A stretch of DNA of 32,000 bases from Mycobacterium tuberculosis H37Rv. GTDB lineage: Bacteria > Actinomycetota > Actinomycetes > Mycobacteriales > Mycobacteriaceae. Shown here piece after piece: positions 9,282 through 19,992 of the stretch; position 1 is the first letter of the stretch; each line of letters opens with the position of its first letter. The DNA lies in the NCBI RefSeq assembly GCF_000195955.2, contig NC_000962.3, positions 2,430,001-2,462,000 of the forward strand, in the 5' to 3' direction. The position numbers were made by a program, and so were the translations under genes. The notes below the pieces were generated by a model, which saw nothing but the letters and a program-made list of their open reading frames with translations, had not been told where the DNA came from and searched no databases.

Positions 9282-10063
9282 TCAGGCGGCAGGTTCGAGG
9301 GTGACCCCCAATCCTTGGGCTTCGAGTTTGGCGACGAGGCGACGTCGTTCTTTGTCGGGATCCATGCGGGTGGTGAAGTAGTCGGCGCCGAGATCCTGGT
9401 AAGGCCGGCCGGTGGCCAGCACGTGCCAAATGATGACGATCAGCTTGTGGGCGACGGCGATGATCGCCTTCTTGTTGGCAGCGGGACTGCGGAAGCCACC
9501 GAACTTGCGGACCTGGCGGCGGTAGTACTCGCGCAGGTAGCCATCGGTGCGCACGGCGGCCCACGCGCACTCGACCAGGACCGGCTGCAGGTGCTGGTTG
9601 CCTGTGCGGCGGGCACCGTGATGGCGTTTGCCGGCCGATTCGTGGTTGCCCGGGCACAGCCGCACCCACGAGGCCAGATGCTCAGCCGAGGGGAACCAGG
9701 CCGCCGGGTCGGCGCCGATTTCAGAGATGACCGTCGCCGAGGCACCCACCCCGATCCCCGGGATCGATGCAATCAGCTCGCGTCGGGCACAAAAGGGATG
9801 CATCAGCTGCTCGATCTGCTCGTCGAGAGCACCGATCATCGCATCGAGCTGATCCAGATGAGCCAGGTGCAACCTACACATCAGGGCATGGTGATCATCG
9901 AAGCGCCCTTCCAGCGCCCGCTGCAGATCGGGGATCTTCGAGCGCATAAGGTGCGCTTGATCGTCTTGCGCCCGTCAGGACCCTCGCCCGGCACCCACAC
10001 CGCCACCGCGATGATGTCCTGGCCCACATCAACAAAGGCGCACCGCTCGTACAGAATATGCAT
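9282..10063 (-). pseudogene. Decayed IS110-family transposase (IS1558-like, Rv2177c region), frameshifted with an internal deletion
   Basis: The C-terminal Transposase_20-like part is intact as ORF 9282-9947 (SIPGIGVGASATVISEIGADP ... SAGKRHHGARRTGNQHL). The N-terminal DEDD-type start MHILYERCAFVDVGQDIIAVAV begins at 10063 but lies in another frame and stops at 9881. The combined length is far shorter than a normal IS110 transposase. Confidence 0.8.
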
Positions 10064-10331
10064 CCCACCAGCCCCTTTCCGGCTCAGCGTCGCAACCAAC
10101 AACGCGCGCTGCGAAGGGAGCCCCCAAACATGAACTAAAGAGACTGGTACTCGCGCTCGTAGCAGCAACCGGGACACACCCGAAAGTGGGGGGGCTCCAA
10201 CGTCAGTCTCTTGCACGGCCACACACAGCCAAGCCCCTACGACGTCGACACCGCAACGCACGCACCGATTCTCATTCACCATGAGCGGGCGCACCAGCGC
10301 CCATCATGTTCTTTTACGACTGCTCGCCGAG

Positions 10332-11810
<1,479 letters not shown>

Positions 11811-12317
11811 TCAGCGGGCCGCGCCGCGGCCCGCATCGTCTGTGGACGTGATGAGACGAAACCGGCGCAGCTGATCTCGGGCATCGACCAGCGCGTCGTG
11901 GACGTCGCGTGGCCGCGGCGGCATCCGGGGGCATCCCCGGTCCTCCCACAACTGCCGCAGTTCCCGGGTGAAACGGGGCACTGTGGGTGGCAAGGCAGTC
12001 ATCGGGCCCCACAATTGACACAGCGCTACATGGTCGTAGGCCCCCACCCAGGCCCACAACTCGATCGAATCCGTGCCGTCGATGCGGAGGAATTCTTCCA
12101 GGTCAAGACGAATCTGCTGGCGCGAGCGCCACAGTTGCGAGGCGGGCGGCGGCAGCTTGGGCAGCACATGGGTGCGCACCCAGCTGCCGGCCCGCTCGGG
12201 ATCGAATTCCGTGGATACTGCGTAGTATTCGCGGCCGTCTTCTGCGACCACCCCGATCGAGATCAACTCGATGGTGTGCCCATCCTCGATGAATTCGGTG
12301 TCGTAGAAGTACCGCAC
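11811..12317 (-). CDS. 3'-5' exoribonuclease of the DEDD superfamily (Rv2179c-like)
   Basis: The N-terminus MRYFYDTEFIEDGHTIELISIGVV carries the DxE motif. AYDHVAL and HDALVDA follow later. The product is 168 aa. Confidence 0.85.
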   Translation of the reverse strand: MRYFYDTEFIEDGHTIELISIGVVAEDGREYYAVSTEFDPERAGSWVRTHVLPKLPPPASQLWRSRQQIRLDLEEFLRIDGTDSIELWAWVGAYDHVALCQLWGPMTALPPTVPRFTRELRQLWEDRGCPRMPPRPRDVHDALVDARDQLRRFRLITSTDDAGRGAAR

Positions 12318-12326
12318 CGCCGCAGC

Positions 12327-13214
12327 CTAATCCGACCAGACCGAGCCGCTGATCAGAATGGGCGCGGTTCTCTCCGGCGGTGGTGCGGGGCGCACGTCCT
12401 GGTCGAGCTGGGCGTCGACCGCGCGCTCGTCGGGCATCCGTGGCGTCCCGGCGATCACGTATTGCAGCCACAGCTTGATCCGCACCACCGGGCGGCGCCA
12501 TGTCCGTTCCCGCTGTAGCGCACGGCGCATCTTTTCCGGGTGGCGGGTGTAGCGCCACCGGGCCCACGGAGCGTGCGGACGCGACAGCCGGACTGCGCCG
12601 ACGACCAACAGCACGACAACGAACATGCCAAGCAACCCGGTCCAAACCTTGCCCTTGAGCAGCACCACCACCGCCAACGGCAACGTCAAGACCAATCCTG
12701 CGATCAGGGTGGTTTGCAGCACCACCCAGTTGGCGCCTTGCCGAACCGGCAGGAAGAAGATCAGCGGGTGTAGGCCCATGATCAACAGCCCCGCGACGGC
12801 CACTGCGGCAAAGACGGCGTCTACCGACGTGCGTCCGTCTTCCTCCCAGTAGACATCGGACAGATGCAGGATCAGTGCGTACTCGTCGAGCACCAAGGCG
12901 GCCCCGACTCCGAAAATGCTCGCCGCTATGGTGAATTCGGGTTCTCGACCGTCGACTGACAAGGTGACCAGCGTCAGCCCGGAGATCATCACCAGCACCA
13001 CCCCAAACGCGACGTGGTGGATGTGCACCGACCCGATGTGGACATTTCGCGGCTGCCACCACCTGGCCGGCCGACCGTCCGCGGCGCGACGGTGGATAAA
13101 CCGTACAAAACTACGCGTGACGAGGAAGGTCAGGACAAAGGCGACCAAGCAGCACAACAACGGCAGCCGGCCACGGTCGACGATGTCGTGCTGCAGCCAG
13201 TGGAACACCTCCAA
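12327..13214 (-). CDS. Conserved polytopic integral membrane protein (Rv2180c-like)
   Basis: There are multiple hydrophobic helices. It ends 9 nt upstream of the Rv2179c start. I chose the TTG at 13214; the longest ORF starts at 13265. Confidence 0.8.
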
Positions 13215-13301
13215 AAAGCTACGCCCACCTTGACTGCATATGCAGGCGCCGTACAGCGCCACCATGCGCGCCTACGCGAAACTACTAGGCTGTTCTGCGA
13301 C

Positions 13302-14585
13302 ATGAGTGCATGGCGGGCGCCCGAGGTGGGCAGTCGACTCGGGCGGAGGGTGTTGTGGTGCCTGCTGTGGCTGCTGGCCGGCGTGGCGTTGGGCTACGTG
13401 GCCTGGCGGTTGTTCGGCCACACGCCGTATCGCATCGATATCGACATCTATCAGATGGGCGCTCGAGCTTGGCTGGACGGGCGTCCGCTGTATGGCGGTG
13501 GTGTGTTGTTCCACACACCCATCGGGCTGAACCTCCCGTTCACCTATCCTCCACTGGCGGCCGTCCTGTTCAGCCCATTCGCCTGGTTGCAGATGCCGGC
13601 TGCCAGCGTCGCGATCACGGTGCTAACCCTGGTGCTGCTGATCGCGTCGACGGCGATCGTGCTGACCGGCCTCGACGCATGGCCAACCTCCCGACTGGTA
13701 CCCGCGCCGGCTCGGTTACGCCGGTTGTGGTTGGCCGTGCTCATCGTGGCTCCGGCAACGATTTGGCTGGAGCCGATCAGCTCGAACTTCGCTTTCGGTC
13801 AGATCAATGTGGTGCTGATGACCCTGGTGATCGTCGACTGCTTCCCACGCCGAACGCCATGGCCACGCGGGCTGATGTTGGGGCTGGGGATAGCCCTCAA
13901 ACTCACCCCCGCGGTGTTTCTCCTCTACTTCCTGCTACGTCGGGACGGTCGGGCCGCGCTGACGGCGCTGGCGTCGTTCGCGGTCGCCACGCTGCTCGGT
14001 TTCGTCCTGGCGTGGCGCGACTCCTGGGAGTACTGGACGCATACCCTTCACCACACGGACCGGATCGGCGCTGCCGCCTTGAACACAGACCAGAACATCG
14101 CGGGCGCACTCGCGCGGTTGACGATTGGCGATGACGAACGCTTCGCACTGTGGGTGGCCGGATCCCTGCTCGTGTTGGCAGCGACCATATGGGCGATGCG
14201 GCGAGTGTTGCGGGCCGGCGAGCCGACCCTGGCTGTGATCTGCGTCGCCCTGTTCGGGTTGGTAGTTTCGCCGGTCTCGTGGTCACACCATTGGGTGTGG
14301 ATGCTGCCGGCCGTGCTGGTGATTGGGCTACTGGGTTGGCGTCGCCGCAACGTCGCGTTGGCCATGCTCAGCCTGGCCGGGGTGGTGCTGATGAGGTGGA
14401 CACCGATCGACCTGCTTCCCCAACACCGGGAGACGACTGCGGTCTGGTGGCGTCAACTCGCGGGGATGTCCTACGTGTGGTGGGCGCTGGCGGTCATCGT
14501 CGTTGCCGGACTCACCGTTACCGCCAGGATGACGCCGCAGCGCTCGCTTACGCGCGGACTGACCCCGGCGCCGACGGCCAGCTGA
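13302..14585 (+). CDS. GT87/DUF2029 alpha(1->2) mannosyltransferase for LM/LAM branching (Rv2181-like)
   Basis: A polytopic membrane protein with the [12 protein letters not shown] loop motif. I chose the ATG at 13302 ([10 protein letters not shown]). The ORF-track extension to 13014 overlaps Rv2180c and is not credible. Confidence 0.88.
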
Positions 14586-15329
14586 CTAGCCAGCGGCTGT
14601 CTCGGGGATTCGTGCGGCGTCCGTTGAATTGGGATTTGCACCGGCACCGCCCGCGTTGCGGCCGTCTTTGACACTGGCGGCATAGATGTCGACGTACTCC
14701 TGACCCGAGAGCCCCATCAGCTCATAGATCACTTCGTCGGTAACGGCCCGCTCGATGAAATGGTTACCGGCCAACCCCTCGAACCGGGAGAAGTCCATCG
14801 GCTTGCCAAACCGAACGGTGACCCTGCCGAACCTCAGCATCTTCCTGCCCGGCGGGTTGACGACGTTGGTACCGATCATCGCCACCGGAATCACCGGAAC
14901 CCCGGTGTGCAATGCCAACCGGGCTAGGCCGGTCTTGCCTTTGTAGAGCCGACCGTCCGGCGAGCGAGTGCCTTCTGGATACATGCCCAGCAGCTTGCCC
15001 TGACCCAGCAACACCACTGCCGTCTGCAGTGCGCCCTGCGCGGAGTCGGCATTGGTGCGGTCGATGGGAACCTGGCCGGAGACGCTGTAGAACCAGCGGT
15101 TGATCCAGCCTTTCAGTCCGGTGCCGGTGAAGTATTCCGATTTCGCCAGGAACCAGATACGACGGCGAACTACCAACGGAAGGTAGAAGCTATCCGCCAC
15201 CGCAAGATGGTTACTGGCGAGGATGGCCGGACCCGAACTCGGGATGTATTCCAGTCCTTCAACTTTCGGGCGACCAAGCAACGTAAAGAGCGGACCCATG
15301 AAAATGTACTTGAACAGGTAGTACCACAT
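14586..15329 (-). CDS. 1-acyl-sn-glycerol-3-phosphate acyltransferase (Rv2182c-like)
   Basis: The acyltransferase motifs are NHLAVAD (HX4D) and YPEGTRS. I chose the ATG at 15329 (MWYYLFKY); the longest ORF starts at 15350. Confidence 0.88.
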   Translation of the reverse strand: MWYYLFKYIFMGPLFTLLGRPKVEGLEYIPSSGPAILASNHLAVADSFYLPLVVRRRIWFLAKSEYFTGTGLKGWINRWFYSVSGQVPIDRTNADSAQGALQTAVVLLGQGKLLGMYPEGTRSPDGRLYKGKTGLARLALHTGVPVIPVAMIGTNVVNPPGRKMLRFGRVTVRFGKPMDFSRFEGLAGNHFIERAVTDEVIYELMGLSGQEYVDIYAASVKDGRNAGGAGANPNSTDAARIPETAAG

Positions 15330-15414
15330 GGCCCTCCCTCTCGCCCACACCGGATGGTGTCTGCGCCAACTGTACCCATCCGCGATGGCTGCGACTACCT
15401 GCGCGGGCAGCGGC

Positions 15415-15819
15415 TCACTCCTCGATGGTAACCGGGATGGCCTGGTAGTGGGATTTCATGCTGCCCTCGCCGTTGGTATTCTCGCCGCCTGACGCACCGG
15501 TCTGGCCGCCGCCCGGCGGGCCTTCGGGTGGCGGTTTCGCCGACCGGTCAATGTCGTCGACTATGGCGCGGATCACCTCCAGCAGAGCCAGACTGTGATC
15601 CGCGATGACCGTCAGCAGCGGATGCTGCTCGCCGGTTACCAACGCTGCCAACGCGCACAACGGACACCACACTTGCTGGCACTTGCCGGTCCCGGGACCT
15701 CCACCCGAAGCCATCGCCGCCGCCACCCGCACCGCGGGGTCGATCCCATCGAGGATTGCCTGCGCCAGCTTGCGCAGCTCGGGACGAACGTCGGTATGGG
15801 CCCCGCTCACGTCGGCCAC
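15415..15819 (-). CDS. Conserved hypothetical protein with a C-x4-WCPLC motif and a Gly/Pro-rich tail (Rv2183c-like)
   Basis: The GTG start at 15819 overlaps the upstream ATPase stop by 13 nt. The motif is GKCQQVWCPLCALAALV. A low-complexity segment PPPEGPPGGGQTGASGGENTNGEG follows. Confidence 0.8.
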   Translation of the reverse strand: MADVSGAHTDVRPELRKLAQAILDGIDPAVRVAAAMASGGGPGTGKCQQVWCPLCALAALVTGEQHPLLTVIADHSLALLEVIRAIVDDIDRSAKPPPEGPPGGGQTGASGGENTNGEGSMKSHYQAIPVTIEE

Positions 15820-16949
15820 ACCTCCGGATTTGGTCGGAAACGAACTGTTAACTCACCACCCCGCAGATGCGCGTCCAGCACCGTGCACCTCCGCAATACG
15901 GACGCCAACCGAACTCGGCGCCGCATCCCCCCAGCACTGACGATCAAGTCGTCGTCGGCCCGGCCCAACGTCAGCGTCCCGGGATCGAGCTGGGGCAACG
16001 CTAGCCGCAGTCGGTATATCGACGCCAATCCCGACCCGGATTCCAGGTCCACAATAGGCTGTAGCGGGCCTGGCGGCGCGCTTCCTTGGCGACGACGGGC
16101 ACTATCGAGCAACCCGCCCAGGGCCTTGGGGCCGATCGGTTCGCCGGCCAAGTGCGGCACCAGCACCAGTGCCACGTCACCGATGGTGGCATCGAGGTCG
16201 TCGAGGACGGCACGCTGCTCACCGATGCGTTCGGCATACCAGTGGAAAGCCGGATGGTCGGGCAGACTGCGATACTCATAGTTCTCGTCTTGCACCAGAA
16301 GCTGATTGACGAGCAGCTCTTCGACCCGGACCCCCATGAGCGCCAACGACCCCAGCGTCCGGACCGCCTCAGCGGCGACCACCCGCTCCGGAGTCAGCAC
16401 CAGGTGGGCACTGACCAGGGCACCGTCGGTCAGCAATGTGCTTAGCCGCTCGACGCTGGCGCGGATGCGCTCCAGCAGTTCCGCCAGCACGGCTGACCTG
16501 CCGTCGTCGGCGCCGATGGACAACCTGCGATGCCGCGGCCAGGCACGTTCGACGTACAGCCCGAAGGTGGCGGGTAGCGTCAACATCCGCAAGGCGTCCG
16601 CCGTCGAGGCGCAGTCGACCACAATCCGATCCCATCGTCGGGCTGCCGCAAGCTCGCCGACGGCGTGCAGCCCCAGCACCTCCTGGATCCCGGGCAGCGC
16701 GCAGAGTTCTTCGGGCGCAATGCTGCTCAACTCGGAGCCCGGAAATCTGCGGTCCAGGGTCTCGACCACGTGCAACCACCGGCCCTCGAGCAGGGCCAGG
16801 GTATCCAGCGCCAGCGCGTCGAGAAATCCGCCCCCGGCTTCGGGGTCGTAGGCGAGCACGCGAACAGGATCGCCCTGACCGGTAGGCGGGACCGCGATGC
16901 CCAGCACGTCGCCCAGCGAGTGCGCCTGGTCGGTGGATACCACCAACAC
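15807..16949 (-). CDS. ArsA/Get3-like (deviant Walker A) ATPase (Rv2184c-like); the true 5' end is probably upstream of 16949
   Basis: The ArsA signature STDQAHSLGDVLG lies at the start of the canonical ORF. The P-loop FVGKGGVGKST is encoded in-frame upstream (16998-17027), where no ATG, GTG or TTG exists. See the findings. Confidence 0.85.
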   Translation of the reverse strand: MLVVSTDQAHSLGDVLGIAVPPTGQGDPVRVLAYDPEAGGGFLDALALDTLALLEGRWLHVVETLDRRFPGSELSSIAPEELCALPGIQEVLGLHAVGELAAARRWDRIVVDCASTADALRMLTLPATFGLYVERAWPRHRRLSIGADDGRSAVLAELLERIRASVERLSTLLTDGALVSAHLVLTPERVVAAEAVRTLGSLALMGVRVEELLVNQLLVQDENYEYRSLPDHPAFHWYAERIGEQRAVLDDLDATIGDVALVLVPHLAGEPIGPKALGGLLDSARRRQGSAPPGPLQPIVDLESGSGLASIYRLRLALPQLDPGTLTLGRADDDLIVSAGGMRRRVRLASVLRRCTVLDAHLRGGELTVRFRPNPEVWPT

Positions 16950-17065
16950 TCGCTGGCCGGCCCCGGCATCACATACCGCGGTGGCGGACGCCAGAGTGGA
17001 CTTTCCTACCCCGCCCTTGCCGACAAAGAGACTGATCCGGGCCTGAGCCGGCGTACCGGAATCAC

Positions 17066-17500
17066 TCAGCCCTCGACTCGTTTCTTCAGATCCTTCAACG
17101 CGCCGTCTATCAACCTGCGTTCCGCCTTACGCTTGAGCATCCCGATCATGGGGACAGCAAGGTCGACGGCAAGCTCGTAGGTGACCTCAGTGCCAGAACC
17201 CTTGGGCGCCAAGCGATACGTGCCTTCGAGGGACTTTAGCAGCGAGCTGGATTCGAGAGTCCAGCTAAGCGATTGGCGGTCTTCCGGCCACTCGTAGGAC
17301 ATGATCAAGGTGTCTTTGAAGATGGCTGCGTCCATCAACATTCGCGCTCGTTTCGGGTAGCCCTCGTCGTCGGCCTCTAGGATCTCGACTTCCTTATACT
17401 CCGAAATCCATTGCGGGTAGGCTTCGATGTCGGCGATCGCCTTCATCACCTCGCCTGGATCCGCGTCGATGTAAATCGTCTGTGTCGTCTTGTCCGCCAC
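17066..17500 (-). CDS. TB16.3: SRPBCC/polyketide-cyclase-like protein TB16.3 (Rv2185c-like)
   Basis: The product VADKTTQTIYIDADPGEVMKAIADIEAYPQWISEYKEVEIL ... is of the START/SRPBCC type. I chose the GTG at 17500; the longest ORF starts at 17524. Confidence 0.85.
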   Translation of the reverse strand: MADKTTQTIYIDADPGEVMKAIADIEAYPQWISEYKEVEILEADDEGYPKRARMLMDAAIFKDTLIMSYEWPEDRQSLSWTLESSSLLKSLEGTYRLAPKGSGTEVTYELAVDLAVPMIGMLKRKAERRLIDGALKDLKKRVEG

Positions 17501-17604
17501 CTGGCTACTTCCCTTTCCCCGCAAGCGGGTCGGCCCCGATCATCTGCGGGAGCTCCCGATCTCCCGGGGAGAAACGGTACTCCCTCGTGCCAACCTTGAC
17601 CCGG

Positions 17605-17994
17605 TTAAGTTACCGGAGAAACCCCGATGGGGCGTGACCGTTCTAGCACTGTCTTGACCTCGAAGGCCATTTTTTTGCCCGCGACCCGTCGGTGGTGCGT
17701 CATTCTGGCCAGGTTCATCCGGGCCAGCTGCCAGGCTGCTACCCCGGTCGGTTCGGCGTGCAGGAAATAGTGCAGTAGCACCCCATCCATCGACGGTTCC
17801 AGCCAGATCTCCATGGTGCCGGTCAGGGCGCCGGTAACCGTCCACCTGATTCCCTTGTCGGCACGATCCTCGGTGACCTGTAGCCGTAGGTCAGGCCACC
17901 ACCGACGCCAGCTGCATCGATCCGCGACCGCGGCTGAAACCCGCGCGGCGTCGGCTGCGACATAGGTCTCGTCAGCGATCTGGATGCTGTTCAT
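17605..17994 (-). CDS. SRPBCC-like conserved protein (Rv2186c-like)
   Basis: The product is [19 protein letters not shown]...[13 protein letters not shown]...[21 protein letters not shown] chose the ATG at 17994; the longest ORF starts at 18054. Confidence 0.8.
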
Positions 17995-18159
17995 CGCCTC
18001 AGCTTCACATACCCGAGGCCGTGGGCAAGCCGGACCCCGAAGGGCACCAACCAACGGACACGCGATATCGGTCTATTCCGCACCGGCATCAACCCCTCTA
18101 GGCTTGACGACAGCAAACCGGACCCGGAAGACGGCAACAGGTCAAGTGAGGTGTTGATC

Positions 18160-19962
18160 GTGCGTGAGATTAGCGTCCCCGCCCCATTCACTGTCGGCGA
18201 GCACGACAACGTCGCGGCCATGGTGTTCGAGCATGAACGTGACGATCCCGACTACGTCATCTATCAACGCCTGATCGACGGCGTCTGGACCGATGTCACG
18301 TGTGCGGAGGCAGCCAACCAGATTCGTGCCGCGGCTCTCGGTTTGATTTCACTGGGGGTGCAGGCCGGCGATCGGGTAGTCATCTTCTCTGCCACCCGCT
18401 ACGAGTGGGCGATCCTCGATTTCGCGATTCTGGCTGTGGGTGCGGTCACCGTACCGACCTACGAGACCTCGTCAGCGGAGCAGGTGCGCTGGGTTTTACA
18501 AGACTCCGAAGCGGTGGTGTTGTTCGCCGAAACCGACTCACACGCGACAATGGTCGCCGAACTCTCCGGCAGCGTGCCCGCCCTGCGGGAGGTACTGCAG
18601 ATCGCCGGTTCGGGTCCCAACGCGCTCGATCGGCTCACGGAGGCGGGCGCCTCGGTCGACCCGGCCGAGCTAACCGCCCGCCTCGCCGCACTACGGTCGA
18701 CGGACCCGGCGACGCTTATCTACACCTCGGGCACCACCGGACGACCCAAGGGCTGCCAGTTGACCCAATCCAACCTGGTTCACGAGATTAAGGGCGCCAG
18801 GGCATATCACCCGACGCTGCTGCGCAAGGGTGAGCGGCTGCTGGTTTTCCTGCCGCTAGCTCATGTGCTGGCGCGCGCGATCAGTATGGCCGCCTTCCAC
18901 TCCAAAGTCACCGTGGGATTCACCAGCGACATCAAGAATCTGCTGCCGATGTTGGCGGTGTTCAAGCCGACGGTGGTGGTGTCGGTGCCGAGGGTGTTCG
19001 AGAAGGTGTACAACACCGCCGAGCAGAACGCCGCCAACGCCGGCAAAGGGCGAATCTTCGCGATCGCCGCGCAGACCGCGGTCGACTGGAGCGAAGCTTG
19101 CGACCGCGGCGGACCGGGGCTGCTACTGCGCGCCAAGCACGCGGTGTTCGACCGGCTGGTCTACCGCAAGCTGCGTGCGGCACTGGGTGGCAACTGCCGC
19201 GCCGCCGTCTCCGGCGGCGCGCCGCTGGGTGCGCGGCTTGGTCACTTCTATCGCGGCGCCGGTCTCACCATCTACGAGGGATACGGCCTGAGCGGGACCA
19301 GTGGGGGCGTCGCCATCAGCCAGTTCAATGATCTAAAGATCGGAACTGTCGGAAAGCCGGTGCCCGGCAACAGTCTACGCATCGCCGACGATGGCGAGCT
19401 GCTGGTGCGCGGTGGCGTGGTATTCAGCGGCTACTGGCGCAACGAGCAGGCTACCACCGAGGCATTCACCGACGGCTGGTTCAAGACCGGTGATCTCGGT
19501 GCGGTGGACGAAGACGGGTTCTTGACGATCACCGGCCGCAAGAAAGAAATTATCGTCACCGCGGGCGGTAAAAATGTCGCCCCCGCTGTGCTGGAAGACC
19601 AGCTGCGGGCCCACCCACTGATCAGCCAGGCGGTGGTGGTTGGGGACGCCAAGCCCTTCATCGGCGCGTTAATCACCATCGACCCTGAGGCATTCGAGGG
19701 CTGGAAGCAACGCAACAGCAAGACAGCTGGCGCGTCGGTGGGCGATTTGGCCACCGACCCCGATCTGATTGCCGAGATCGACGCGGCCGTCAAACAGGCC
19801 AATCTTGCGGTGTCACATGCCGAGTCGATCCGCAAGTTCCGAATACTGCCCGTCGACTTCACCGAGGACACCGGCGAGCTGACCCCGACAATGAAGGTCA
19901 AACGCAAGGTGGTGGCCGAGAAGTTCGCTTCCGATATCGAGGCGATCTACAACAAGGAATAG
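18160..19962 (+). CDS. fadD15: Long-chain fatty-acid-CoA ligase
   Basis: The AMP-binding motifs are [16 protein letters not shown] and [16 protein letters not shown] chose the GTG at 18160; the longest ORF starts at 18151. Confidence 0.92.
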   Translation: MREISVPAPFTVGEHDNVAAMVFEHERDDPDYVIYQRLIDGVWTDVTCAEAANQIRAAALGLISLGVQAGDRVVIFSATRYEWAILDFAILAVGAVTVPTYETSSAEQVRWVLQDSEAVVLFAETDSHATMVAELSGSVPALREVLQIAGSGPNALDRLTEAGASVDPAELTARLAALRSTDPATLIYTSGTTGRPKGCQLTQSNLVHEIKGARAYHPTLLRKGERLLVFLPLAHVLARAISMAAFHSKVTVGFTSDIKNLLPMLAVFKPTVVVSVPRVFEKVYNTAEQNAANAGKGRIFAIAAQTAVDWSEACDRGGPGLLLRAKHAVFDRLVYRKLRAALGGNCRAAVSGGAPLGARLGHFYRGAGLTIYEGYGLSGTSGGVAISQFNDLKIGTVGKPVPGNSLRIADDGELLVRGGVVFSGYWRNEQATTEAFTDGWFKTGDLGAVDEDGFLTITGRKKEIIVTAGGKNVAPAVLEDQLRAHPLISQAVVVGDAKPFIGALITIDPEAFEGWKQRNSKTAGASVGDLATDPDLIAEIDAAVKQANLAVSHAESIRKFRILPVDFTEDTGELTPTMKVKRKVVAEKFASDIEAIYNKE

Positions 19963-19992
19963 CCGACTGTGCCCGGCTCCTCCCCGGCCCGC

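Noticed and set aside
12103-13062. A 319-aa minus-strand ORF overlapping the Rv2180c-like gene in another frame. Other long alternate-frame or antisense ORFs are similar: 24362-25336 (-), 30722-31609 (-), 9267-10133 (+), 10281-11009 (+), 13310-14134 (+) and 3955-4668 (+).
   Set aside because: Their Arg/Gly/Ala/Pro-rich, motif-free translations are typical of stop-poor non-coding frames in a high-GC genome. Each is fully shadowed by a gene with clear family motifs on the same DNA.
13014-13301. The N-terminal 96-codon extension of the Rv2181-like mannosyltransferase given by the ORF track.
   Set aside because: The extension lies antisense over the 5' end of the Rv2180c-like gene and translates to a charged, non-membrane sequence. 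The ATG at 13302 starts just before the first TM helix and gives the expected family length.
17066-17100. Programmed -1 frameshifting from the TB16.3 gene into the ATPase frame to make a fusion protein.
   Set aside because: The ATPase frame is indeed -1 relative to TB16.3. However, I found no X XXY YYZ slippery heptamer in the last codons (ctg aag aaa cga gtc gag ggc tga) and no obvious downstream stimulatory structure. A non-canonical start or an indel is more parsimonious.
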